Source: Octopus sinensis
Taxonomy: Eukaryota
NCBI RefSeq assembly: GCF_006345805.1
Contig: NC_042997.1
Location: forward strand, 155,930,001 to 155,994,000
Reading direction: 5' to 3'
Length of the DNA stretch: 64,000 nt
Shown here: positions 48,700-61,926 of the stretch, one piece after another
How the letters are laid out: every line of letters begins with the position of its first letter
Numbering within the stretch: position 1 is the stretch's first letter
Position numbers and translations under genes: made by a program
Notes under the pieces: generated by a model
What the model was told of the DNA's origin: nothing
Database searches by the model: none
Seen by the model: the letters and a program-made list of their open reading frames with translations, nothing else

Positions 48700-51560
48700 C
48701 CAGACAGCATTTCTGCCAGCAACAATCAGATAAAAAGCATCTGTAGGAAATTTCATTATTTTATTCGCAAAATGAACTGTTTGTGCAATCTCATAAAAAA
48801 GGGTTTACTGCAACTCTTAATTGTCTGTCAAGTAATTTCTCAGCTGGAGATAACTTGCATATATCTAATACACCGCAATATTTGAAAAGAACCTTTAGCA
48901 AGTACTTCGCAAACTTTCTAACTGATAAACTACATGTAACCTTTTAATGCAGACTTTGTTTGCATTTTATTGTACCATTAGATTTTGGATTCTAAGTAGT
49001 ACTATCAATTTTCTTGCACACAAGTTGGGTTAACCAGTCTTTTTATTGAAAAGATTCTGGACCACTGCCTAATACCATTAATACCAAATGTAGAAGATGG
49101 AAAAGTGACATTTCCATACATTTCCTGAACTCTTGCTGCAGCACAAAAAGCTAAGTAGTCAACTATGATCAATACAGTTCCAGAAGTTTGAGTGTTTCTT
49201 AAACCCGTATATAATCTTTCCTACAGTCAAGATTCAAATTCTTTATCGGTGTAATGGTGCCTTTCAAGAATGCCTTTAAATCTGATTTTAGAACAAATGT
49301 CACAAGATCTGACAAACTATTCAGAGTTTCTACCAAAATTAGGCCAGTAAACAAGCCCTCGATTTTTTTCATTGTTTGGTGTACACTTAAGTGTGTGTCA
49401 TGAATTGTAGGAAGAAATTTTGCATAAGTTTAATATAAATATAGTCTTTTTTATTCATTCTATTGTTAAAATACATTTACTACAGTCAATTCAGAACAAA
49501 TGATAAATTATCATTCTCAAAGGGTTAGTCTAAAACAAACTTTTCTAGTAAACAAAGAGTAAATGTGTTGAAATAATTCTTGAGGACTTCCTCTGATTGC
49601 AAAAAATTCATGATTATCTAGGTCACAATATTGCATGAAACTGATCTTAATTACATGTTAGTCTACAAACAGCTTCAACATGATTGATGGTTTTACCAAG
49701 TATTTTGAATGATTTAAAAATCATAATGATAATTCGAGGATCCATCTGGCAATCTGCTGATGGAAAGAAACATCACGATCATTTGGAAAAATAAATTTCA
49801 ATAGTTGATGATCAGACTCTAGTGTTAAAAATTTCTCTGAGGTATGGCTGTGTGGTTAAGAAACTCACTTTGCAATTATGCGGTTTCTGGTTCAGTCTCA
49901 CTGTCTGGCAACTTGGACAGGTATCTTCTATTATAATCCCAAGCCAGTCAATGCTTTGTGAGTGAATTTGGTGGACAGAAACTGTGTGGAATCTCACTGT
50001 GTGTGTATGTGTTTGTCCCACACCCTACTGCTTGGCAACCAGTGTTTGCTTACAGTCCCATAACTTAGCAGTTCAGTAAATAGACCAACAGAATAAGTAC
50101 CAAGCTTAAAAAACAAGTACTGGGGGTAATTGTTTGACAAAACCCTTCTAAGCAGTGTCCCAGCATGGCCACAGTCCAATGACTGAAACGAGTAAAAGAT
50201 TAAAAATACTAAACTACTGGATAAGCTTCATATTCAATACTGCTTGAATTTCTCTGAATACTATCATGACTAATAGGATAAATAATATATATGATTGATA
50301 TATATACTATAGGCTTTCTCATTTGAGACAATCCTGCTCTTGCAAATTCAAAAGCATCAATAGGATGACTTGTTTCACACTCAGTAGGAAGCATTACCCA
50401 AACAGGATATTGTGTAAGAAGTCCTTTCTTTCTACTTAAAAAGCATATTTTTAATACATCCCTTTTTTTGTCTGCTAGAAGAGGCTCAACATGAGCCTTA
50501 CTTCCTTCTTTTGATTTAGGAACATTAATCCGTTAGATCTTTTCTATTAATAATGACTTGATCTCATCCTTTGAAATATTCATTCATAAGAAATCTAAAA
50601 GGCTCAATAATTAAGGGCTTTTATTTAGATTAATTAATACATTGGCGGCTTTTAGTCTGGCAATAACTTCATTTTCTTGGTTCTCCAATTTATTCAATAT
50701 TGCTATAAAGATGAATATATTGTCATGATATATAAATTATATCATTAATTCCCTTCAGAATAGCTTCCATACAAGGTAGTAAAATAAAGCTGCTACTTTT
50801 GAGACTCATCTGAAGCTGATAGACAAAGTATAAAGCTTTGCTCTTAGAGCTCTCATCCCAACCAATCTGCCAATATACACTTTTTAAATCAGTTGCTTCT
50901 TACATAACAGTGAGTGACTATCATTTCAAAATGAAGAACTGGAAGAGAAAATGTTTGAATTGTGTCACTTTGTAATGATTAGAAGTTCTTAATTTCACAC
51001 CTTTCCTTGATTACAAACAATTGGTAATGTATTGTTGGCAACTCTATGCAGACATGAAATTATAATTATCATTACTTGAAGATTGTGAAGTTTATTTTCA
51101 GCTTTCCTTCTGGATGTGTATTGTAAGTGGGCAGGACAAACAAATTGTATTTTTAATCATAATTGATACGGAAACTTTAGTGCTGTAACCTTTTATTAGT
51201 GACCAACAGTTAGAAACAGAAACATGACAAGATTTTAGAGTCTCTGTACTAATTAATCCTAAATTATAAGTGTTACTAAACCACAACAAAATTGAAGTGC
51301 TGTTTTTCAACTTCAAAGTCAAAGAAAGCTGCTGTAGTGTTAACTACTTTTAGTTTTGACTCATCACAAGAAGTTAAATGCTTATCAGTATATTTTATGA
51401 TTAATGATGACTTCATAGACAGTGAAGCTGAGATGATGGAGCAGGCTGCACCAGTATCCAATTGCATTTAAACTGGATGACTATTTAAACTACAATTAAC
51501 CCAATGTAAATTTGTTTTACAATTAACAGCCAAAGTTACTTTCTCATCATTGGATTGTTT
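48700..51560 (-). mobile_element. Ty3/Gypsy LTR retrotransposon pol fossil
   Basis: Domain order PR (QLDTGAACSIIS, 51467), RT (DLKSVYWQI; ILKGINDIIY), RNase H (DAFEFARAGLSQMRKPIVYIS…QRNSSSIEYEA), integrase (HDTHLSVHQT…YWPNF…VRSCDIC; LIIVDY). No LTRs found. Confidence 0.85.
49840..50200 (+). mobile_element. SINE family A inserted into the Gypsy fossil
   Basis: Full head (ggtatggctgtgtggttaagaaac…gttcagtc) to tail (gactgaaacgagtaaaaga), lying between the RNase H and integrase remnants. Confidence 0.85.
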
Positions 51561-52439
51561 AGTATTCATATCATTAATATTAGAGACAGACTTCATAGTT
51601 TTCACCTGCAGAATTCACTAAAATAACCCAGTTTACCACAAAGTATTTTTTCCCCTCATATGCAGAACAAAACCCAAAAGGATGTGATGATCCTCAACTG
51701 CTGCTATTTTCAACTTGGCTTTACTCAGTTACTAAACTTTATATATATTACTTTCATGCAAAAGTAATATTATTTCAATAAATGAATATGTATGATAATT
51801 GTTATAAAATACTGGGTATATCATTTTTTTTTTTTTTTAGATTTGTCAATTAGGGTTTTAATTTCAGTACTGGCAGAAACAACTTCAGTTATTCATTTCA
51901 AAGCCTTTTAGCTGTGTGAAGTAACAGGTAATGTAAAAACATCCTAGCACTCTCTTAATTAAATAGAAAAGTAACTGGAAATCTTCATGCATGCCTGTTT
52001 CAGAGATAACTGTCTCCTCTTCAGAGTAAATGCACCCTTTATTTTTCAGTCATCCAGAGAACTAATGATTTAAATTGGTATGTATGTATATATCAATAAC
52101 TTGTAGCAAGAAATACTTATAAAATCAGCAAAAACAAATAATAAAAAAACACCTAACAACATGTTTGATTTGGAAATATGATGGTGATGATTAAATATTT
52201 ATTGCAACCAATTATTGCTCCGTCATCTGGATTCAGAATGCCTGCAGTACTGGTCAGCTATGCAAGATAGAAGCAAATAATATTCTGAACAACTAAAGAA
52301 AACTTTTTAAAGTGAACAAAAACATTATAATAGCTATTGGCAGATCATTTAATATTTTGATACTATAATTTGTTATGCATCTTTTCACATAACTGTTGCT
52401 TGCATTGAATTTTTGCTTATATATATATATATATATATA

Positions 52440-53833
52440 TGGTGGCACATAAAGACACCATCCGAAGACCCGGCGACGTAGTCAGTCCACCTGTGCATAC
52501 CTTCCCTCTTATGACACTTGTGAAGACCTGTTGAGGCAAGTGTGTGACACTGTGAAGACCTGTTGAGGCAAGTGAAAATCAAACCAAATCAAAATAGATG
52601 AATATCAATGGAATTTGTATCTTTGTGGTTCCAGTACCGGTGGCACACAAGAAAACCATCCGAAGTGGCCGTAGCTGGTACCGCATCGACTGGCCTCCGT
52701 GCTGTGGGCACAACAAACACCATCTGATCGTGGCCGTTCGCCAGCCTCACCTGGCACCTGTGTCGGTGGCACATAAAACACCATCCAAAGACCCGCGACG
52801 TAGTCAGTCCACCTGTGCATACCTTCCCTCTTATGACACTTGTGAAGACCTGTTGAGGCAGAGGCAAGTGTGTGACACTTTGTGAAGACCTGTTGAGGCA
52901 GAGGCAAGTGTGTGACACTTGTGGAGACCTGTTGAGGCAATGTGTGACACGCGTGACACTGTGAAGACCTGTTGAGGCAAGTGAAAATCAAACCAAATCA
53001 AAATAGATGAACATCAATGGAATTTGTATCTTTGTGGTCCAGTACCGGTGGCACACAAGAAAACCATCCGATCGTGGCCGTTCGCCAGCCACATCTGGCA
53101 CCTGTGTCGGTGGCACATAAAGACACCATCCGAAGACCCGCGACGTAGACAGTCCACCTTGCATACCTTCCTTCTTGTGACACTTGTGAAGACCTGTTGA
53201 GGCAAGTGACACTTGTGAAGACCTGTTGAGGCAAGTGAAAATCAAATCAAATCAAAACAAATCAAAATAGATGAACAAATGGAATTTGTATCTTTGTGTT
53301 ACCAGTGCCGGTGGCACACAAGAAAATCATCCGAACGTGGCCGTAGCCAGTACGCATAGACTGGCCTCCGTGCTTTGGGGACGTAACAAACACCATCCGA
53401 TCGTGGCCGTCCGCCAGCCTCATCTGGCACCTGTGTCGGTGGCACATAAAACATACAAAAACATCCGAGCGTGCCGTCTGCCAGCCTCGTCTGGCACTGC
53501 CAGCCTCATCTGGCACCTGTGTCGGTGGCACATAAAAACACCATCCGAGCGTGGCCGTCTGCCAGCCTCGTCTGGCACTGTGTCGGTGGCACATAAAAAC
53601 ACCATCCGAGCGTGGCCGTTCGCCAGCCTCGTCTGGCACCTGTGTCGGTGGCACATAAAATCACCCACTACACTCTCGAGTGGTTGGCGTTAGGAAGGGC
53701 ATCCAGCTGTAGAAACACTGCCAGATCTGACTGGCCTGGTGCAGCCTTCGGCTCCCCAGACCCCAGTTGAACCGTCCAACCCATGCTAGCATGGAAAACG
53801 GACGCTAATGATGATGATGATGATGATGATGAT
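52440..53833 (+). repeat. Higher-order tandem array formed from an RTE-type 3' end, with terminal (GAT)n
   Basis: Three A-B modules with 2, 5 and 2 copies of a ~30-bp tgacacttgtgaagacctgttgaggcaag sub-repeat, then ~58-bp hairpin units, then the standard tail. Confidence 0.85.
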
Positions 53834-55509
53834 ATATATTTAATAGAAAAAGGTTTGACACTTTTGTAGATTACAGCAAAATTATGGAACTGTTTTTAGT
53901 GTAGGGAGCTTTCTTGAAGTAGATTCATGAAACTAATTTCAAAATAAATAACAGTTAATAAAAAAAAATTCTAGCAAATGTATGTGCTTCTTACAGTGGC
54001 TATAATGGTAAATTCAAAGAAAGATATTGTAGCTTTTTTAATGAACAATAAAGTTATTTTTTATGAATACTTAAGAAAAGCAATTGCAGCTTTTTTTTTT
54101 CATGAATATTTAAGAAATATTAAGACATTCCCAATACTTTTACCTAATAAACAGTTTACATATCAAAAAAGGATGGCTGATCATCAGAGACTTATTCCTG
54201 AATAAGTAACATGGGCTCAAACTGGATTCTATACTAAGAGTGGTAATGTCTTTATCAAACAGGTACCAATGTTTGTAATAGTTATTGTTGCATTTTCAGG
54301 GTTATTTGAATTCATCTTTTAGTAACAGCAGCCATACTGAATCCAGACCGAGACTATCAATACTGCAAAATGTAGATTCTAAAAAACGTTAATAGTCTAG
54401 GAAATAATCTTAACTAATCTTACACATTTAGGGATGGATGTGAATATAATGAAATAAGGTTTATATAAGTTTCATGAGGCACACAATGATTCCAAATTCC
54501 ATCAGTCAGTCTTGCAATTCATAAATACTGTCAATAACAAAGGGGCTAAAGAAAGAATAAATTTACAAAAATTACAGCAATGGGAAGAGAGCGATGTTTT
54601 GTATATTGAACAACTAGTTTAAACACACCGGTTTTGTAACGATGAATTCATAATAGCAGTAGATATTATGTGAAGATGACACTCCAAGATTTTAGCTATG
54701 ATGGCTAAAATAAAGAATAAACATAACCAAATGAGCTAGAGTACAGTAACTAAAATTCTTAGAAATGAGAGAACTTCTACTCATGTTACTCCGAATGCAT
54801 GTATGTATGTATGTGTGTGTGTGCATGTGAGTAAATGATGTGTGTGGGTGTGTATATAACGTCTGTATGTATTTAGTACAAAAATATGAAAGTACTCAAT
54901 ACACCCTTGTTTTAAGGGCTTATTGCTTAGAGATGTATTTCACATGAGTTAATCCGTAACTTGTGCCAGTTATGTTGCATGAACACATGCACACATACAC
55001 ACAAACACATTTACACACGTGCACACATACAAATACATATGTACATACAACACAGGTAGATTGCTATAAGTGGAATTGTAAATTAAGAGAAAACAAAGCT
55101 TAACTTTGACACGGAGCCTAAATCTGATTATGTCAGTTTCTGGCAGAGATTTTGATTGAAAACTACAATAATTAAAGCTTTTATTACCCAGAAAATTTAT
55201 GCCACAATAGTCAGTTGTCATAGTATGGATATTCTGACACCAATGCTGAAGAAGAATGGACTAGGGGTAGATTATACATACACAGAGAAAAAAAGAAAAA
55301 CATCCACCTAGATTAATACAAGCATCCATTATGGTAACCTAATTAAAGATTTAAATATTTCATACAATTCTGCATCTGACATATGATTAACTTGTAAGAA
55401 AGCAGATTACATATAAACCAAGCATACACACGTGAACATTCCAATTTATTTAATTTGAAACAATTGGTTCCTATAGGATTAGTTATAATAAAATAAATAT
55501 ATCACAAAG

Positions 55510-56175
55510 TTATGACATGCTGTGTGGTTAAGAAGCTTGCTTTGTAACCATGCAGTTACAGGTTCAATCCCGCAATATAGCATCTTGGGCAAGTGTCTTT
55601 TACTGTAGTCCCAGGTCAATCAATGCCTTATGAGTGAATTTGTTAGACAGAAACTATGAAAACCCATTGCATGTGTACACACACACACACAAACATGGGT
55701 GGGTATATCTTTGTGTTTGTCCCCCACCACTGTTTGACAACCAGTGTTTGTTTTTGTCCCCTTTCCGTTCGTGCCCGTTGCCAGCCTCGCCTGGCCCCTG
55801 TGCCGGTGACATGTAAAAGCATCATCCGTTTCGTGGCCGTTTGCCAGCTCTGTCTGGCCCCCGTGTTGGTGGCACGTAAAAGCACCATCCGTTCGTGTCC
55901 GTTGCCAGCCTCGCCTGGCCCCGTGCCGGTGACATGTAAAAGCACCATCCGTTCGTGGCCGTTTGCCAGCTCTGTCTGGCACCTGTGCGGGTGGCACGTA
56001 AAAAGCATCCACTACACTCACGGAGTGGTTGGCGTTAGGAAGGGCATCCAGCCGTAGAAACACTGCCAGATCTGACTGGGCCTGATGAAGCCTTCCAGCT
56101 TCACAGACCCCAGTTGAACCGTCCAACTCATGCTAGCATGGAGAACGGACGCTAAATGACGATGATGATGATGAA
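55510..56175 (+). mobile_element. SINE-A head fused to a ~60-bp unit array and RTE-type tail
   Basis: SINE-A 5' part (55510-55750), four GC-rich units (55760-56005), then cactacactcacggagtggttggcgttagg…gatgatgatg. Confidence 0.8.
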
Positions 56176-56616
56176 CTTAGTTCCATGATGATAGTGATAA
56201 ATATTCTCATAATTCCACAATATTGTTTTGCAATATGCTGTCCAGAATTTGTACAAATAAAATATTCTCTACAAAGAATAAAAAAAAACAAAAAACATGC
56301 AACATATGCAATTTGTTATAAATGCATGTATACATACATGTGTGCATGTGGTTGAAGATAAATTTTCTTACATGAAGTTAAAATTATTTCGTTCTTTTTA
56401 TTTCAATATCTGTGGAAAATTTAGTTAGAACAAAATTACTATTACCTATTTTTCAAATGAAGAAACATCCTTTTTGACAAAAAAATCTATAATTAATGTA
56501 AATCTTAAAAGCAAAGGAAGAACATTAAAACTGAGAATGAAGGCTTAATATTAAATATGCTTCTGACAATCCACTGCTCTCAAACATATAATTTAAATGT
56601 AAGAGTAAGATTATTA

Positions 56617-56859
56617 CAAGGAGGTGCAAAAAACTTCCTGGCTTTAAGGGTATCGTGAAAGGCCTGATTGGAAGCTCAACCTTCCAAGTGTTTTTTTACA
56701 GGGCATAGAAAAACTGAAGGACTGTTGCAATAAGTGTGTGAATCTGAGAGGGGAATATCATTATCATCATAATCGTTTAACATCCACCTTCTATCATAAT
56801 TAACTGATCCTCTTGTATTTTCTTTTAACCAAACCCAGGAACTTTTCAGCACCCCCTCA
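56617..56859. mobile_element. Non-autonomous mariner derivative (MITE)
   Basis: TA-flanked TIRs caaggaggtgcaaaaaacttcctgg / ccaggaacttttcagcaccccctca. Internal FLQGIEKLKDCCNKCVNLRGEY resembles a mariner transposase C-terminus. Confidence 0.7.
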
Positions 56860-57611
56860 TACATAAAGCAACATTCAGAAAATGCTTCCTTCAGATAATT
56901 AGTACACTTAATATTTCAAACAATAAGTCAATATTTATTAACTACCAAAAAATAATGACTGATCAGACATTGAGTGCAAGACAGGTATATTATCTATTGC
57001 ACAGTACTCTTTCACAGGTAGAGTACTTACTCTTCAGTTAAATAAATTCAAATGAATATCAAACAAAAGTAGGACTGCTGAGAATATCAGCAAAATCCTC
57101 CTCAAATAACATGAAAGAAAAGGACATAATGATAAATGTAGTTCTAGATGCCTCACCATTTAATGTCTACCTTTCATGTTGGCATGGGTTGGGTGATTTG
57201 AAAGGAACTAGGGATCAAGAAGATTGTTGCCAAGTTCTACAGTATGCTTAGGAATGGATCCTATGACTGAATGCCAACCACTCTACAGAGTGTACAGGTT
57301 TTTTTTTTTTACATGATACCAAGAGCAGTAATTTATCAAGTAACTTATAAAGCCACCTCAAACAATAGTGAGTAGTATTGAGGGAGGTGGTTTTGTGCCA
57401 GGTGATGAGACAGAGTATGATAAAGGAACAAAATCAGGTGTCTTGCACTGAAACAAAGACAAGGTGATTGGGGCTGGAACATCTTCAGAGATGACTTAGG
57501 GATGAAATATCAATTGAGAAGAATATAATTAAATGTCTTGCTCAGAGTCAAGGAAACCAATGCAATGACAGACAATATGACTCACAACCCAGGAATCATG
57601 TATACTTATAC

Positions 57612-57885
57612 TACGTTCAGCCTCGTCTGGCCCCTGTGCCGGTGGCATGTAAAAAGCACCATCCGATCGTGGCCGTTTGCCAGCCTCGTCTAGCACCTGT
57701 GCAGGTGGCATGTAAAAAGCACCCACTACACTCACGAAGTGGTTGGCGTTAGGAAGGGCATCCAGCTGTAGAAACACTGCCAGATCAGACTGGGCCTGGC
57801 GCAGCCTTCTGGCTTCCCAGACCCCAGTTGAACCGTCCAACCCATGCTAGCATGGAAAACGGTCGTTAAACGATGATGATGATGA
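57612..57885 (+). mobile_element. 5'-truncated RTE-type 3' end with two tandem units
   Basis: cagcctcgtctggcccctgtgccggtggca… followed by the tail ending gttaaacgatgatgatgatg. Confidence 0.85.
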
Positions 57886-58999
57886 AAAGTTTCCTCTCCA
57901 AAATAATCCTGTCTTGATAAACAAAAATATATCACTTTAGTGGTATATTTTTCTCATCAGGAGAAAATTATTTTACATACAAATAAAGAGCCCTCCCTGC
58001 TTCAAAGAAATGTAACAACTACTACTGCAGTAACCATAATGTCTAAAACTAACAAACTATAAAGCACAACTAATTATTACCACAATATTTAGTATTGATT
58101 ATGAATGAAGAATTAAATTTCTACACACTTTAACAAATTCAAACCTGGCAGATATTGACTGAAAATATCTGTTTTAGTAGAAAACTGCTACTAAACAATT
58201 CCTGATTACTTATCAGGAGTTTGTTTCCGTAGAAAATAAAGCCAAGAATGTTGTTTTTGTACACAATTTTGAAAATAATGACAGAATGAAAATGATTTAA
58301 CACAACGAGTTCAACTCTTAAAATCAATGAAAGCTTGTTAGCTTTAGATAGATAAATCAAAATGATATAAGCTAATGCAAATATTGATAGGTATGTATTA
58401 AAAACAAAATAAATATTAAAAAAAGGCCCACAATTACAAATAGATTTTACAAAAGAAATAAGGAAACAATGCAACATCTAGATTAATTAAAAAACGAAAT
58501 CAAAAATTGAAAGGAAAACAGTTAACTTATTGTATAAGTAAAAGTGTTAATATTTGTGAATATTTTCCTACTTTAAACTAAGACAGATAGAATCTTGTGT
58601 TAATCTATATAAACAGTTTTTAAAGGTATTCTGTATTTAAAGAGCTTCTCCCTCAAACCCAGCATTATCAACAATCAGCCTTGACAATGTCAATCTCAAT
58701 AACATCAGCCTCAGTTTCGTTATCAGCCTCAATCCTATTACTGTCAATCTTGGTTACATTGTTATATGTTTTAAGTATGTTATTGTAATTTATTTTAATT
58801 TCATTATTGTCAACTTAAATTTAGTGTTGTTTATCAGCAATATGATTCAGCAACCGTCATGGACAACCAAAAGAAAAGAATTTCAAATGAAGTTAGAAGA
58901 GTACCATACTTGATAGCATAAAAGACGCAAAGACATAAGGTGGACCCCAATTTCAGCAGCACATATTCAGAAGAGGTTTTTAGTGCACTTAAGCATGTA

Positions 59000-59645
59000 A
59001 TATAGAGCCCACTTATGCATGTAGGACCCAGGGCAATTCTTTTTGAAAAAAGTGCATCTCATATGCCTTCAAATACAGTAATTGCATCAAATTATAATGA
59101 AGAACGTATGATATCTGAAACTACATCTCTATTCCTTAGACAAGTGTTCAAACTATTTTTCAAATATATAAAGAGGAAGGCTATATTGAACAAAAGAATC
59201 AAGGTGGTTTTCAAAAACTAAAATTTTCATAAGAAATGGAAAATTTCATACAAACATCAGATGAAAGATGTTATATAACTTTAAATATATTATCCAAGAT
59301 TATTTTTGAGCATTTTAATGCGAGGTTGTCAAAAACAAGTGTTGATAAAGGCTTTAAAAATTTCCATTACACCTTCAAGAGATGTATAGTGATTTCTGAA
59401 AGAGCTTTAACTGCAGAGAACATTACATGGAAAATAAGTTATGTCAGAGAATTCCAAGAATTTTTGGAAGAAAAGTCTGAGAGGAAAATAATTCTCATTA
59501 TATGAAGTCTAAATATGGTAGAAGAAAAACTGGACAATCTCTGTGAGGACAGCATCTGGATTGTATTCCCAAAATGTAAAGTATATGTTGTGCCATGAAC
59601 AAAAATGGGGAGATCTACTATAAGAAAGAACTGGTACCTTTATGA
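59000..59645 (+). mobile_element. Tc1/IS630-like transposase fossil (5' half)
   Basis: YKEEGYIEQKNQGGFQKLKFS*EMENFI…ITL…LSKTSVDKGFKNFHYTFKR…YVREF…; after a frameshift, MKSKYGR…SICCAMNKNGEIYYK. This resembles the HTH plus start of a DDE_3-type domain. Confidence 0.65.
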
Positions 59646-61926
59646 CACAAGCCCAATGTCCACTCTCCTACACTTGCAGGAGTCAGATGGAATTCAATGA
59701 GGCAGATTTTCTACAACAAGATGCCTATTTCCAAGCAAACGAATATTCCCCATGGCAAGTCATGTTTTCATAGTAGATTGGAAATGAATGACACTGTTTA
59801 TATAATGGTGATACCAATTTACAAGTATCACACCCAAACAAATATAGTTTCTGATCTTTCAATCCCCACTTGTTATGTCCCTTTGCACCCAGGTCAACTT
59901 GCTTCTTGCCCCTAAATACCCGAAAAAGGTATAATATAATCAAGTAAAAACCCTTGGAAACTGTGCCTTAGTATTGCTATAGTCCAATGAGTAAAGTCAG
60001 TAAATGAGTTATAGAAGATATATTAGTTTCTAAAATATCTGCAACTAAATGAAGACAAGTTGTAAACTTAATCAGATATCACTGGGAAAGTAGAATAAAA
60101 AATTGCCTCTCATTTAACAGAGTAATTGTTCTGCTGGGAAACAGAAAGTAGTAAATATTAGTTAACTTGGAGATTTGGGAAAACCTGTAAAGATACAGCA
60201 AAGAAAATAGATTTCAATCAACAAAAAAGATTTAGACTGCTGATTTATATAAATGCTTCATTGCTATATGCCTAGCTGGCAGTAAAGCATTATTAAGGCA
60301 ACAGATCATGGTGGTAGGAATCTGACTAGCAAACATAATAACATTCAAATATTCATTTAGTTAAACAGAATAAAAACCCTACAGCACACATAAAAGAAAG
60401 GAAAACAAATTACCAAATGGTTAATTAGAAAGGCTCTTATTGATAGCAATCAATAATCTCCCAACAGGGAGAACTTAAAATTATGAGCATTTGCTTTCAT
60501 TTCAATATTATTTTACTGGAAGAGAAAAAAGAGAAAAGTTCTATACTTGATTTCTATGTATTTCAAAATTCCATTAAATATCCTTATTCATATTACCATT
60601 ATTATAGAAGCTGCCAAATTTATTTTTTGACATCCATGTCAGTATGAAACAATTTGAACGCTAAAAATAAGCTGGATTATAGATTAAGATGTAAAGTAAA
60701 AATTAATGGGATGTCAGATCAAATATGATTGATTTCAAACTGTTAAGGACTACTAATTATACATACAACTTGATAACTAATATACACAAGCCTGAGGAAA
60801 CCAGCTATATAACTTAATAGTAACATGCACCAGCATATGTAATTTCACTTCAGATGGCTACCAAAATACTTATTTTTTCAGTTAGTTCTTTTTTCTCCAA
60901 CTAGACAAACATTGATTTGATTAAATTGCAATCATATTTGTATTGATGTTAATCATAATAACTTCCTAATTAAAGGTGAAGGCTTTTTCAAAGGCAACAG
61001 AATTAACCGAGGGTTCATTAGAAATAAAATGCAACTTGTTCAATGCAATACAAACTCACTACATATGATCCTCAAACCTGCTGCTATTCTATACATTTGG
61101 CTGTCAATGACAGTCAATTTTGTTTTTTCATAACAAGATAAGTCTGCATAACTATTTCAATGCAACAAAACAAAAGGTCGGTCAAGGAATCTCCTGGCTT
61201 TCAGATCTTGAAGTAAGATAATAAAGGATAATACACATCTGGAATTAATGGGAAAGAAACACCTGTTTCTTAACACCAGTAATAAAACATGCTTATCAAA
61301 TGCTGGCATAAGAGGGGTGACTTAGTAAATTTAATTATTTCCATAACTTTTGGGCAATTCTTACTGCTGGATACCCTTCATAGTTCTAAATACTGAAATA
61401 CAAAGAAAACAGTTGTATCAAATATGAAGTAAGCAGTTATGTACTGCTGGCAGATTCAACACCAAGCATAACAGAATATATGTCAGACACAACTCTTAGT
61501 ACTTAAGAGAGTGCATACAATGTTAAGAGTCAAAGCTATATAAGTGAAGTAGGTTATGCAGAGCATGTATTCACTATCATTTGAGTTGAATCTAGTAAAA
61601 ATATATGATTTATATAAAATCTGCTCAACTACATTAACCTATCAGATCCTGCATTAAGGAACACTTACCCAATCCTTTCTTCCCTTCCTTGTTTAAAACA
61701 ATAGAATGTAGTGAGGAAGATTTGGTAATAATTTCTAAAAGGTCTAGCATTTACACAGAGATCCCACTTTCCTTGTTGACTCTTAAAATGTTTTTAAAAA
61801 CATGAGAACATATTGAACTCTAAAAACCAAACAAAATGTAATAACATTGATCAGAATTTATTCTACTTTTCATGAAACTTGGGTCATCCATCACATTATA
61901 TATCGGGTGCCTTTAGTAAAATCCAC

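Noticed and set aside
52440-53660. CRISPR-like appearance: a ~24-bp ggtggcacataaaa(a)caccatccga recurring with ~35-bp intervening segments
   Set aside because: The intervening segments are homologous to each other, there are no cas genes, and the array is the 3' region of a eukaryotic retroelement.
52589-53693. Cluster of 60-140 aa Cys/His/Arg-rich ORFs (also 55620-56126 and 57529-57840)
   Set aside because: They are by-products of GC-rich tandem units that lack stops in several frames; there is no domain signature.
60000-60190. Strong minus-strand acceptor tttctttgctgtatctttacag
   Set aside because: No convincing donor, and two frames stop within a few codons.
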